Shown here: positions 3,834-11,574 of the stretch, piece by piece
Layout of the letters: every line of letters begins with the position of its first letter
How positions within the stretch are numbered: the first letter of the stretch is position 1
NCBI GenBank assembly: GCA_023136205.1
Contig: JAGLRQ010000095.1
Span: forward strand, 1-13,171
Direction of reading: 5' to 3'
DNA: 13,171 nt
Origin: Candidatus Auribacterota bacterium
Lineage (GTDB): Bacteria > Auribacterota > UBA6266
Translations under genes and position numbers: made by a program
The notes under the pieces: model-generated
Databases searched by the model: none
The model's input: only the letters and a program-made list of their open reading frames with translations
What the model was told of the DNA's origin: nothing

Positions 3834-4663
3834 ATGATCTCCACAAAAGACTTTTTAGCTCGGCAGTATTAACATTACTGCTTCTATCATTGATAGTTTT
3901 TGATGTGCCTTTGGTTATTGCTCTGGGGGCTTTAGCATTTGTTTTCCTGGGCTCTGTTGAATTCTACGATCTGGTTCAGCAAAAAGGGCTCAAAGCCTCA
4001 AAATGGTACGGGACAATCAGTAACATTGTTATTATCGTTCTGGTTGTTGTCTTTGCTGTTAAGGGAAAGAATTCTCTTTCTATTCTTCCGTGGATATTTT
4101 TACTATGCGCTATCGGCGCGTTTGTAAGACAGTTATTCGTTAGTACCACCAACCACGCGATATTCGGTATTTCTACGACAATACTTGGTATTTTTTATAT
4201 GGGGTATCTTTTTAGCTTCCTGGTTTTATTAAGGTTTTTCCCTTCTATGGAACAGGGTAAATGGTATCTTCTTTCCGCGGTAATGATGATAAAGTTTTCC
4301 GATATGTTCGCGTTTTTCGCGGGTTCGCTTTTTGGCAGGCACAAGATAAATTCAACAATAAGCCCTAATAAATCTATTGAAGGGCTTGTCGCTGGTGTGA
4401 TTGGTTCAATCGTGGGCGGGTTGGTAGTTTACTTTTTTATTGACGCGGTAAATTTCCGGTTTATTGATGCTCTGGTTCTGGGTTTTATAATAGGTGTTAT
4501 GGCTGAAATCGGTGACTTTTCGGAATCTTTGCTTAAACGGGATGCCGAGATAAAAGATTCCAATCGGCTTCTTCCCGGGATGGGAGGGATCCTGGATGTT
4601 CTGGATAGCACTCTTTTGTGTGCCCCGATATTCTATTTTTATGTGAGGTACATTATAAAATAG
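3830..4663 (+). CDS. cdsA: Phosphatidate cytidylyltransferase (CDP-diglyceride synthase)
   Basis: Polytopic membrane protein with the C-terminal signature region SLLKRDAEIKDSNRLLPGMGGILDVLDS. The start ATG 3830 overlaps the uppS stop (ATGA). Its position between uppS and dxr is the canonical one. Confidence 0.85.
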   Translation: MNDLHKRLFSSAVLTLLLLSLIVFDVPLVIALGALAFVFLGSVEFYDLVQQKGLKASKWYGTISNIVIIVLVVVFAVKGKNSLSILPWIFLLCAIGAFVRQLFVSTTNHAIFGISTTILGIFYMGYLFSFLVLLRFFPSMEQGKWYLLSAVMMIKFSDMFAFFAGSLFGRHKINSTISPNKSIEGLVAGVIGSIVGGLVVYFFIDAVNFRFIDALVLGFIIGVMAEIGDFSESLLKRDAEIKDSNRLLPGMGGILDVLDSTLLCAPIFYFYVRYIIK

Positions 4664-4665
4664 TC

Positions 4666-5829
4666 ATGAAAAAGAAAAAAATTTCCATTTTAGGTTCTAC
4701 GGGTTCGATAGGCAGGAACTGCCTTGATGTGGTTAGAAATAGCGGCGGCAGGTTTAAAATTGTTTCCTTGAGCGCGGGGTCAAATGTAAAGCTTCTTGCC
4801 GCTCAGATAAAAGAGTTTAATCCCCGTGTTGCTGTTATTGGCAGCGTCTCAAAGGTTGGAGAATTGAAAAAGCTGGTTCCCCGATCTGTGAAAGTTACGG
4901 GGGGGATGGAAGGTTTATGCGGGATTGCGTCGGGAAGGGATGTTGATATTTTTGTATCAGCATTGGTGGGTTCGGCGGGTCTGCTCCCGACGATTGAGGC
5001 AGTTAAAACAGGCAAGAGAGTAGCGCTGGCTAACAAGGAATCTCTGGTAATGGCGGGCGAGTTTGTGATGAAACTCGCGAGAAAAAAAGGTACGGAGATA
5101 CTGCCGGTTGACAGTGAGCACAGTGCTGTCTTCCAGTGTATTTCAGCCAACAGGAAAGAAACAGTGAGAAAGATTACCCTTACAGCTTCCGGAGGCCCGT
5201 TTCTTAAAACCGGTATTTCACAAATGAAAAACATGACTCCTTCAAAGGCTCTTAAGCATCCGCGGTGGAAAATGGGAGCTAAGGTGACTATAGATTCGGC
5301 GACACTGATGAATAAAGCCCTGGAAGTAATCGAGGCAAAATGGCTTTTTGATGTTCCTTCCCACATGATAGATGTAGTTATCCATCCTGAATCGATAGTG
5401 CACTCTTTTGTAGAGTTTGTAGACCGTTCAACAATCGCGCAGATGAGTATTCCTGATATGAGGATTCCGATACAATATGCTCTTACGTATCCCGAGAGAG
5501 TTGCTAATCATGTCAGGCATCTTGATATGGCGCGTATAGGAAAACTTACTTTTGAAAAGCCGGATATGAAGAAATTTCCGGTGCTGAAGCTTGTCTATGA
5601 GGTTTTGAATAAAGGGGGAGTTCTTCCGGCGGTGATGAGTTCGTCAAATGAAGTGGCGGTAAACTCTTACCTGAAAGGCCGGATTAAACTTACGGATATA
5701 TTTAAAGTGGTTAGCAGGGCCGTTAAAGCAAGGAAAGATATAAAGGCAAAGTGTATTGACGATATTTTTAAAGCGGATAAATGGGCCGTGAACTATTCCG
5801 AAGATTTAATAAATAGAAAGGTATTTTAA
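4666..5829 (+). CDS. dxr: 1-deoxy-D-xylulose 5-phosphate reductoisomerase
   Basis: MKKKKISILGSTGSIG (NADPH-binding N-terminus), LANKESLV, PVDSEHSA, ASGGPF, and HPRWKMG then DSATLMNKALEV. I prefer ATG 4666, 2 nt after the cdsA stop, over the track start 4618, which adds 16 non-conserved residues overlapping cdsA. Confidence 0.93.
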   Translation: MKKKKISILGSTGSIGRNCLDVVRNSGGRFKIVSLSAGSNVKLLAAQIKEFNPRVAVIGSVSKVGELKKLVPRSVKVTGGMEGLCGIASGRDVDIFVSALVGSAGLLPTIEAVKTGKRVALANKESLVMAGEFVMKLARKKGTEILPVDSEHSAVFQCISANRKETVRKITLTASGGPFLKTGISQMKNMTPSKALKHPRWKMGAKVTIDSATLMNKALEVIEAKWLFDVPSHMIDVVIHPESIVHSFVEFVDRSTIAQMSIPDMRIPIQYALTYPERVANHVRHLDMARIGKLTFEKPDMKKFPVLKLVYEVLNKGGVLPAVMSSSNEVAVNSYLKGRIKLTDIFKVVSRAVKARKDIKAKCIDDIFKADKWAVNYSEDLINRKVF

Positions 5830-7421
5830 TGGAAATTTTGATTGGTATTTTAATTCAAGCGCTGACATTTGTAATTTTTCTCGGAATCCTGGTCTTCGTT
5901 CATGAGCTTGGACATTTTGTTGTTGCCAAGCTTATGAATATATATGTTTTTGAGTTTATGCTCGGGTTTCCCCCTAAGATTTTCAGGATAAAGAGAAAAG
6001 AAACCGAGTATGGTATCGGAATGATACCCCTCGGAGGCTATGTAAAAATGGCCGGACAGGAAGACTTTCCCGGGCATGAGGAAGATGAATCACAAAAACC
6101 GGATATAAATGTTCCCGAAGATAGGAAGTTTAATAGTAAAAAGATATGGCAGAGAATGGCGGTAATAGTCGCGGGCCCTTTTACGAATCTAGTATTCGGC
6201 GCCCTGGTTTTTATACTTTTGTTTGTGGTGGGACATCAAGTTGATCTTGGTGTGGAAAAGAATTTTATCGGTTTTGTAAGAGAAGATTCTCCTGCCCAAA
6301 AGGCGGGGATTAAAGTCGGAGACAGAATATCTTCGGTTAACGGTGCTAAAACAGAAACCTTTAGTGATATAAGGTGGAATATACTTTCTCATGTTAATGA
6401 AGAAATAGAAATTGGAGTAGAAAGAGATAAGGAATTTCTTTTGTTAAGAGCTGTTCCGGAAAAACCCGGGGGTAAAGAGATGGGGGGAGTAGGCATTGGG
6501 CCGTTCCATTTTGTAGAGATAAAACGGGTTGATGAAGGTTCCCCCGCGGAAAAAGCCGGCGCTTATGCGGGAGATATAATTTTTAAAGTTAATAATGAGT
6601 ACGCGCAGTACTTTGATGTATACGAGAAGATTGGACAGAGCGGGAAAAAAGGAATATCACTGGTTGTCTTAAGGGATGGCATGGAAAAAACACTTAGGAT
6701 GATACCTGAAGAAGTGGGAAATCTTGATGGTGTGTTGATTCGTTCGGATAACGTGATAATAGTTAGTGATGATAAGAAGGCAAATAAGGCTTTTAAAACG
6801 GGAGACAAGATACTTTCCTTTGGAGGGGTTGAAGTTTCAGAAAAAGAAAATGCCGTTAATCTAATAAATTTTTTTGAGGGAGATGAAGCCGAAATAGTTC
6901 TTCTGAGAAAGGAAAAAACCGGTTTTATAAAAATGGAAACCAGAGAAATAAGAGTTGTTGCGGAAGTTTCCAGAAAAGGCCTTGTAGGCATCAGCTATTC
7001 TACCGCCACGACACTGGAAAAATATCCTTTGCCGAAAGCTATTTCAAAAGGGCTGGAATTATCTGCCTCTACGTTAAAAATGGTCGTGGGCGGTATAGTT
7101 CTTCTTTTTAAGGGTAAGGTTGGAACTGACCAGATGGCCGGCCCTGTAGGAATTTTTAAAATGACATCAATGGCCGCGAGCCAGGGTTTTTCTTCCCTTT
7201 TGCGGTTTCTTGGATTATTAAGCATGGCGCTTGCCTTTTTCAATATTTTACCTTTGCCGGTATTGGATGGCGGACATGTTTTTCTACTCCTTATTGAGAA
7301 GATAAAAGGAAGCCCGATAAAGGAAAAATATATTATCGCGTGGCAGAAAGTGGGAATTGTCCTGATTATATCGTTACTGCTCTTTGTAACGTTTAATGAT
7401 GTACGCTGGAGGATTTTTTAG
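5829..7421 (+). CDS. rseP: RIP site-2 metalloprotease RseP/YluC family, 530 aa
   Basis: HELGHF (HExxH) in the first TM segment, NILPLPVLDGGH near the C-terminus, and PDZ-like segments in between. The ATG overlaps the dxr TAA by 1 nt (TAATG). Confidence 0.9.
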   Translation: MEILIGILIQALTFVIFLGILVFVHELGHFVVAKLMNIYVFEFMLGFPPKIFRIKRKETEYGIGMIPLGGYVKMAGQEDFPGHEEDESQKPDINVPEDRKFNSKKIWQRMAVIVAGPFTNLVFGALVFILLFVVGHQVDLGVEKNFIGFVREDSPAQKAGIKVGDRISSVNGAKTETFSDIRWNILSHVNEEIEIGVERDKEFLLLRAVPEKPGGKEMGGVGIGPFHFVEIKRVDEGSPAEKAGAYAGDIIFKVNNEYAQYFDVYEKIGQSGKKGISLVVLRDGMEKTLRMIPEEVGNLDGVLIRSDNVIIVSDDKKANKAFKTGDKILSFGGVEVSEKENAVNLINFFEGDEAEIVLLRKEKTGFIKMETREIRVVAEVSRKGLVGISYSTATTLEKYPLPKAISKGLELSASTLKMVVGGIVLLFKGKVGTDQMAGPVGIFKMTSMAASQGFSSLLRFLGLLSMALAFFNILPLPVLDGGHVFLLLIEKIKGSPIKEKYIIAWQKVGIVLIISLLLFVTFNDVRWRIF

Positions 7422-7426
7422 ATTTC

Positions 7427-8491
7427 ATGGAAAGAAGAAAGACAAGAAAGATTAAGGTTGGTAGTGTTGAGGTTGGAGGTAATGCCCCGGTTTCAATCCA
7501 GTCCATGACTAAAACGGATACAAAAAATGTTGAAGCTACCTTAAAGCAGATAAGAGATCTTGAAAAAGAAGGCTGTGAGATTGTAAGAGTCGCGGTTAGC
7601 GATTCGGCTTGCATAAAACCTTTTAAAAAGATTGTTAACGGCAGTTCTATTCCGGTTGTTGCTGATATCCATTTTGATTACCGCCTTGCCATAAAATCTG
7701 CCGAGGCCGGCGCTGATTGTCTCAGGATTAATCCGGGAAATATCAGTTCAATAGAAAACATAAAAGCTGTGGCGGACTGCGCGAAGAAAAACGGGGTTTC
7801 CATAAGGGTTGGTGTGAATTCCGGTTCTCTGGAAAAAGATTTACTGGAAAAGTATTCTCATCCGGTTGCCGAAGCTCTTGTTGAAAGTGCTTTGAGAAAC
7901 ATAAAGATTTTAGAAAACGCGGGTTTTGAGGATATGAAAATATCCATAAAATCCACAAGCGTTCCCGACACTTATAAAGCATACAGTCTTCTTGCGAAAA
8001 GAGTTGACTATCCTTTTCACATAGGCGTTACGGAATCAGGCCCTCTTTTCTCGGGAACTGTTAAGTCCGCCGTTGGAATAGGTGCTCTTCTTCTGGAAGG
8101 GATAGGGGATACCTTAAGGGTTTCCCTTTCAGCGGATCCGGTTCAGGAAGTTCGGGTAGCGAAGGCGATCCTTCAGTCTGCCGGGATAAGGGCATTTGGG
8201 CCCGACATAGTGTCGTGCCCTACCTGCGGGAGAGCCGAGATAGATGTCCAGAAGCTCGCGTCCGAAATTGAAGAATTTACTTGTAGAATTAAAGAACCAA
8301 TAACAATTGCCGTTATGGGTTGTTCTGTTAATGGCCCGGGAGAAGCGAAGGAAGCGGATATCGGAATAGCCGGCGGAAAAAACATTGGAATTATTTTTAA
8401 AAAAGGTAAGATTATTAAGAAAGTACCATCCGAAAAATTACTTTCTGAGTTTAAAAAAATTATTGCGGGAGAAATAAATGCGCTGGAGTAA
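7427..8491 (+). CDS. ispG: 4-hydroxy-3-methylbut-2-enyl diphosphate synthase (GcpE)
   Basis: RKIKVGSVEVGGNAPVSIQSMT, RINPGN, SCPTCGR and MGCSVNGPGE (Fe-S ligand motifs). Confidence 0.93.
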   Translation: MERRKTRKIKVGSVEVGGNAPVSIQSMTKTDTKNVEATLKQIRDLEKEGCEIVRVAVSDSACIKPFKKIVNGSSIPVVADIHFDYRLAIKSAEAGADCLRINPGNISSIENIKAVADCAKKNGVSIRVGVNSGSLEKDLLEKYSHPVAEALVESALRNIKILENAGFEDMKISIKSTSVPDTYKAYSLLAKRVDYPFHIGVTESGPLFSGTVKSAVGIGALLLEGIGDTLRVSLSADPVQEVRVAKAILQSAGIRAFGPDIVSCPTCGRAEIDVQKLASEIEEFTCRIKEPITIAVMGCSVNGPGEAKEADIGIAGGKNIGIIFKKGKIIKKVPSEKLLSEFKKIIAGEINALE

Positions 8492-10193
8492 AGCACTGAT
8501 ACCGACTTTGAAGCAATCGCCCGCGGAAGCGGAGGTTGTCAGCCACAAGCTGATGATACGTGCCGGAATGATAAGAAAGCTTGCTTCGGGTATATATAGT
8601 TATATGCCTCTTTGCCTTAGGGTAATAGATAAAGTTGAAACAATAGTAAGAGAAGAAATGGACAAAGCGGGCGCTCAGGAGCTTCTGATGCCGGTATTGT
8701 CTCCTTCAGAACTCTGGATAGAAAGCGGCAGGTGGGATGTTTATGGCAAGGAGCTTATGCGCCTTGAAGACCGCAATGAAAAACATTTTGCGTTAGGCCC
8801 TACTCATGAAGAAGTTATAACTGATATTGCAAGAAGAGAATTAAGGTCATATAAACAGCTTCCCGTTTGTCTTTATCAGATTCAAACGAAGTTTCGGGAC
8901 GAAATCCGTCCCCGGTTCGGCGTTATGAGGGGAAGAGAATTTACGATGAAAGATGCCTACAGTTTTCATCCGACTAAAGAGTGTCTTAATAAATACTATA
9001 AACTTATGTTTGAAGTTTATTCGGATATATTTAAGCGCTGTGGGCTTAAGTTCAGGGCGGTTTTAGCGGATTGTGGGGCTATCGGAGGCGATGAAACTCA
9101 TGAGTTTATGGTCCTTGCTTCTTCGGGTGAGTCTCTGGTTTTAAGTTGTCCTGATGACACCTGCGGTTATGCGGCAACGGATGATACGGCTAAAAGCAAG
9201 ATACTATCCGTGGAAGAAAATTTATCGGGTGAGCTTTGTGAAAAAGATACTCCCGGGAAAAAGAGTGTTGAAGATGTGTCTGCCTTTTTGAATGTGAATC
9301 CCTTTAACCTTATAAAAACCCTTGTTTACAAAACGTCAAAAGAACCGGTGGTTGTTCTCGTGAGAGGTGACAGGGAAATCAACATTAGTAAGCTTAAAAA
9401 GGTTTTAAAAGATGAACTTGTTGAGCTGGCCGATGATAAGACGACAACGGATATATCAGGTTGTGAAGTAGGGTTTGCCGGGCCTGTCGGGCTTAAACAA
9501 AAAGTAAAAGTTATCGTAGATTTAACTATTAAAAATATGGGTTGCGGTGTGACGGGCGCCAATAAGAAAGATAAGCATTATGTCAATGTAGTGCCCGGCA
9601 AAGATTTTGATGTCGAAAAATATTACGATATTGCAATGGCTAAAGCCGGTGACCTGTGCGTAAAATGTTCAAAGCCGCTTGAAGAATTCAGGGGAATTGA
9701 AGTAGGCCAGATATTTAAACTGGGTGCTAAGTACAGCAAGTCCATGGATGCAAATTATACGGGGGAAGACGGGAAAGCAAAACCTTTTATCATGGGCTGT
9801 TACGGGATAGGAATAACAAGGACAATAGCGGCGGCTATCGAACAGAACAATGACGAAAACGGAATTATATGGCCCATGGAAATAGCGCCGTATCAGGTTA
9901 TTTTAATTGGTGTTAACATGAAGGACACGCAAACCGTTGCTATTTGTGAGGAACTGTACAAAGAACTTAAGGAAAAAAGCATTGAAGTTCTTTATGATGA
10001 CAGGGATCAGAGAGCAGGATTTAAGTTTAAGGATGCGGATCTTATTGGGGTTCCTTATAAAGTTGTGGTTAGCGAGAAAAATCTTAAAGAGAACAAGGTT
10101 GAAATACAGGAAAGAAGGTCGGGGAGCAGGGATTTTACTCCCCGGGATAATGTTATAAATTATATTCAGTCCAAAATCTATCCATTATTCTAA
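8478..10193 (+). CDS. proS: Proline--tRNA ligase, bacterial type with insertion (editing) domain, 571 aa
   Basis: MRWSKALIPTLKQSPAEAEVVSHKLMIRAGMIRKLASGIYSYMPL, FRDEIRPRFGVMRGREFTMKDAYSF and GCYGIGITR. The start overlaps the ispG end by 14 nt. Confidence 0.93.
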   Translation: MRWSKALIPTLKQSPAEAEVVSHKLMIRAGMIRKLASGIYSYMPLCLRVIDKVETIVREEMDKAGAQELLMPVLSPSELWIESGRWDVYGKELMRLEDRNEKHFALGPTHEEVITDIARRELRSYKQLPVCLYQIQTKFRDEIRPRFGVMRGREFTMKDAYSFHPTKECLNKYYKLMFEVYSDIFKRCGLKFRAVLADCGAIGGDETHEFMVLASSGESLVLSCPDDTCGYAATDDTAKSKILSVEENLSGELCEKDTPGKKSVEDVSAFLNVNPFNLIKTLVYKTSKEPVVVLVRGDREINISKLKKVLKDELVELADDKTTTDISGCEVGFAGPVGLKQKVKVIVDLTIKNMGCGVTGANKKDKHYVNVVPGKDFDVEKYYDIAMAKAGDLCVKCSKPLEEFRGIEVGQIFKLGAKYSKSMDANYTGEDGKAKPFIMGCYGIGITRTIAAAIEQNNDENGIIWPMEIAPYQVILIGVNMKDTQTVAICEELYKELKEKSIEVLYDDRDQRAGFKFKDADLIGVPYKVVVSEKNLKENKVEIQERRSGSRDFTPRDNVINYIQSKIYPLF

Positions 10194-10209
10194 AGTTGCT
10201 GGTTTTTTC

Positions 10210-10238
10210 TTGACATTCAGCATCAGGTAAAATATACT
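10210..10238 (+). promoter_or_regulatory. sigma70 promoter for nusA-infB
   Basis: TTGACA 10210-10215, 17 nt, TATACT 10233-10238. Confidence 0.6.
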
Positions 10239-10281
10239 CCCACGGACGTAGAAATTTGCAATGTTTAAAGAAGGTGGGAAT

Positions 10282-10298
10282 AAGCGCCCGCTTTTTTT
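10282..10298 (+). terminator. Weak hairpin plus T7 in the nusA leader (possible attenuator)
   Basis: AAGC 10282-10285 pairs with GCTT 10290-10293 (loop GCCC). The T-run 10292-10298 lies between the promoter and the nusA SD. The stem is only 4 bp. Confidence 0.2.
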
Positions 10299-10326
10299 AT
10301 TGGGGTTAAAACAGGAGATAAATTGT

Positions 10327-11574
10327 ATGAGCGGTGAGTTGTTATCTATCCTGGACTATCTGGAGAGAGAAAAGGGGATTGACAGAGAAACGTTAATCTC
10401 TGCCGTTGAAAGTTCTTTGCTGTCCGCGGCCAGGAAAAGTATGCTTTCTGAAAAATCTGTTGAGATAAAAATTGACCGGAAAACAGGGGAAATCAAGGCT
10501 TATGCCATGCTTGAAGTTGTAAAAAAGGTTGAAGATCCTGACAAGGAAGTTTTACTGCGTGATGCCAAAAAGATTGATCCAAAAACCAAAGTTGGAGAGG
10601 AAATAAGAATAGAAATCAACCAAAAGGGTTTTGGCAGGATAGCGGCGCAGACTGCTAAACAGGTTATTATTCAGAAGCTGAAGGAAGCTGAGAGGGAAAA
10701 TGTCTTCAATGAGTATAAAGACAGAGTTGGAGATATTGTTCTCGGAGCCGTCCGCAGGTTTGAAAAGGGGAACATTATAGTTGACCTGTCAAACGCGGAA
10801 GCTATTTTGCCTTACAAAGAGCAGTGTCCGGGGGAATCTTATAGTCCCGGAAACAGGATAAGGGCTTATATATATGATGTCAAGCTTGGCCCAAAAGGCC
10901 CCGAGATTTTACTTTCGCGGGCGCATCCCAATTTTGTTATAAAATTATTTGAACTGGAAGTCCCTGAAATTATCGAAGGCAGCGTGGAGGTGAAAGGGAT
11001 AGCCCGGGAACCCGGATATAGAACCAAGATAGCTGTTTCTTCTTCGGATGAAAAAATTGACTGTGTTGGTGCCTGTGTGGGGTTAAGGGGTTCACGCGTA
11101 AAAAATATTGTAGCTGAACTGGGAAACGAGAAGATAGATATTGTAAGGTGGTGTGAAGATATTGCAGCCTATGTATCCGAGGCTCTCAATCCCGCGAAAT
11201 TAAGGACTGTAGACGTTTCTGAAAACGGCAAGATGGTAACGGTTGGGGTGGATGACGACCAGCTGTCCCTGTCTATAGGGAAGAAAGGGCAGAATGCCCG
11301 GCTGGCGGCGAAGCTTGTGGGATGCAGGATTGACATCAAAAAAGCATCTGAAATAAATGTACTCGGTAAAATTGAGCATGCCTGGCACCAACTGGCCAAG
11401 ATTGAAGATATCGATGAAAAGATCGCCCAGTGTCTGGTTGAAGCCGGGTACACTGATGTTGACGGGCTTGCCCTTGCCACCGTTGAAGATTTAATGAAGA
11501 TACCTGGTATTGACGGTGAGAGTGCCGCGGCAATAGTAGAAGCTGTAAAAAAAATAAAAGAGGATAAGACTTGA
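10327..11574 (+). CDS. nusA: Transcription termination/antitermination factor NusA, 415 aa
   Basis: N-terminus MSGELLSILDYLEREKGIDRETLISAVESSL, an S1 segment (GDIVLGAVRRFEKGNIIVDL), KH motifs (CVGACVGLRGSRVKNIVAELGNEKIDIV; LSLSIGKKGQNARLAAKLVG) and a C-terminal HhH. I prefer ATG 10327 (AGGAG 10313-10317, 9-nt spacer) over the track start 10261, which would read through the leader hairpin. Confidence 0.92.
   Translation: MSGELLSILDYLEREKGIDRETLISAVESSLLSAARKSMLSEKSVEIKIDRKTGEIKAYAMLEVVKKVEDPDKEVLLRDAKKIDPKTKVGEEIRIEINQKGFGRIAAQTAKQVIIQKLKEAERENVFNEYKDRVGDIVLGAVRRFEKGNIIVDLSNAEAILPYKEQCPGESYSPGNRIRAYIYDVKLGPKGPEILLSRAHPNFVIKLFELEVPEIIEGSVEVKGIAREPGYRTKIAVSSSDEKIDCVGACVGLRGSRVKNIVAELGNEKIDIVRWCEDIAAYVSEALNPAKLRTVDVSENGKMVTVGVDDDQLSLSIGKKGQNARLAAKLVGCRIDIKKASEINVLGKIEHAWHQLAKIEDIDEKIAQCLVEAGYTDVDGLALATVEDLMKIPGIDGESAAAIVEAVKKIKEDKT

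Noticed and set aside
10194-10209. Terminator after proS (T6 run at 10203-10208).
   Set aside because: I could find no convincing upstream hairpin. The T-run may just be an UP-element-like AT tract of the nusA promoter.
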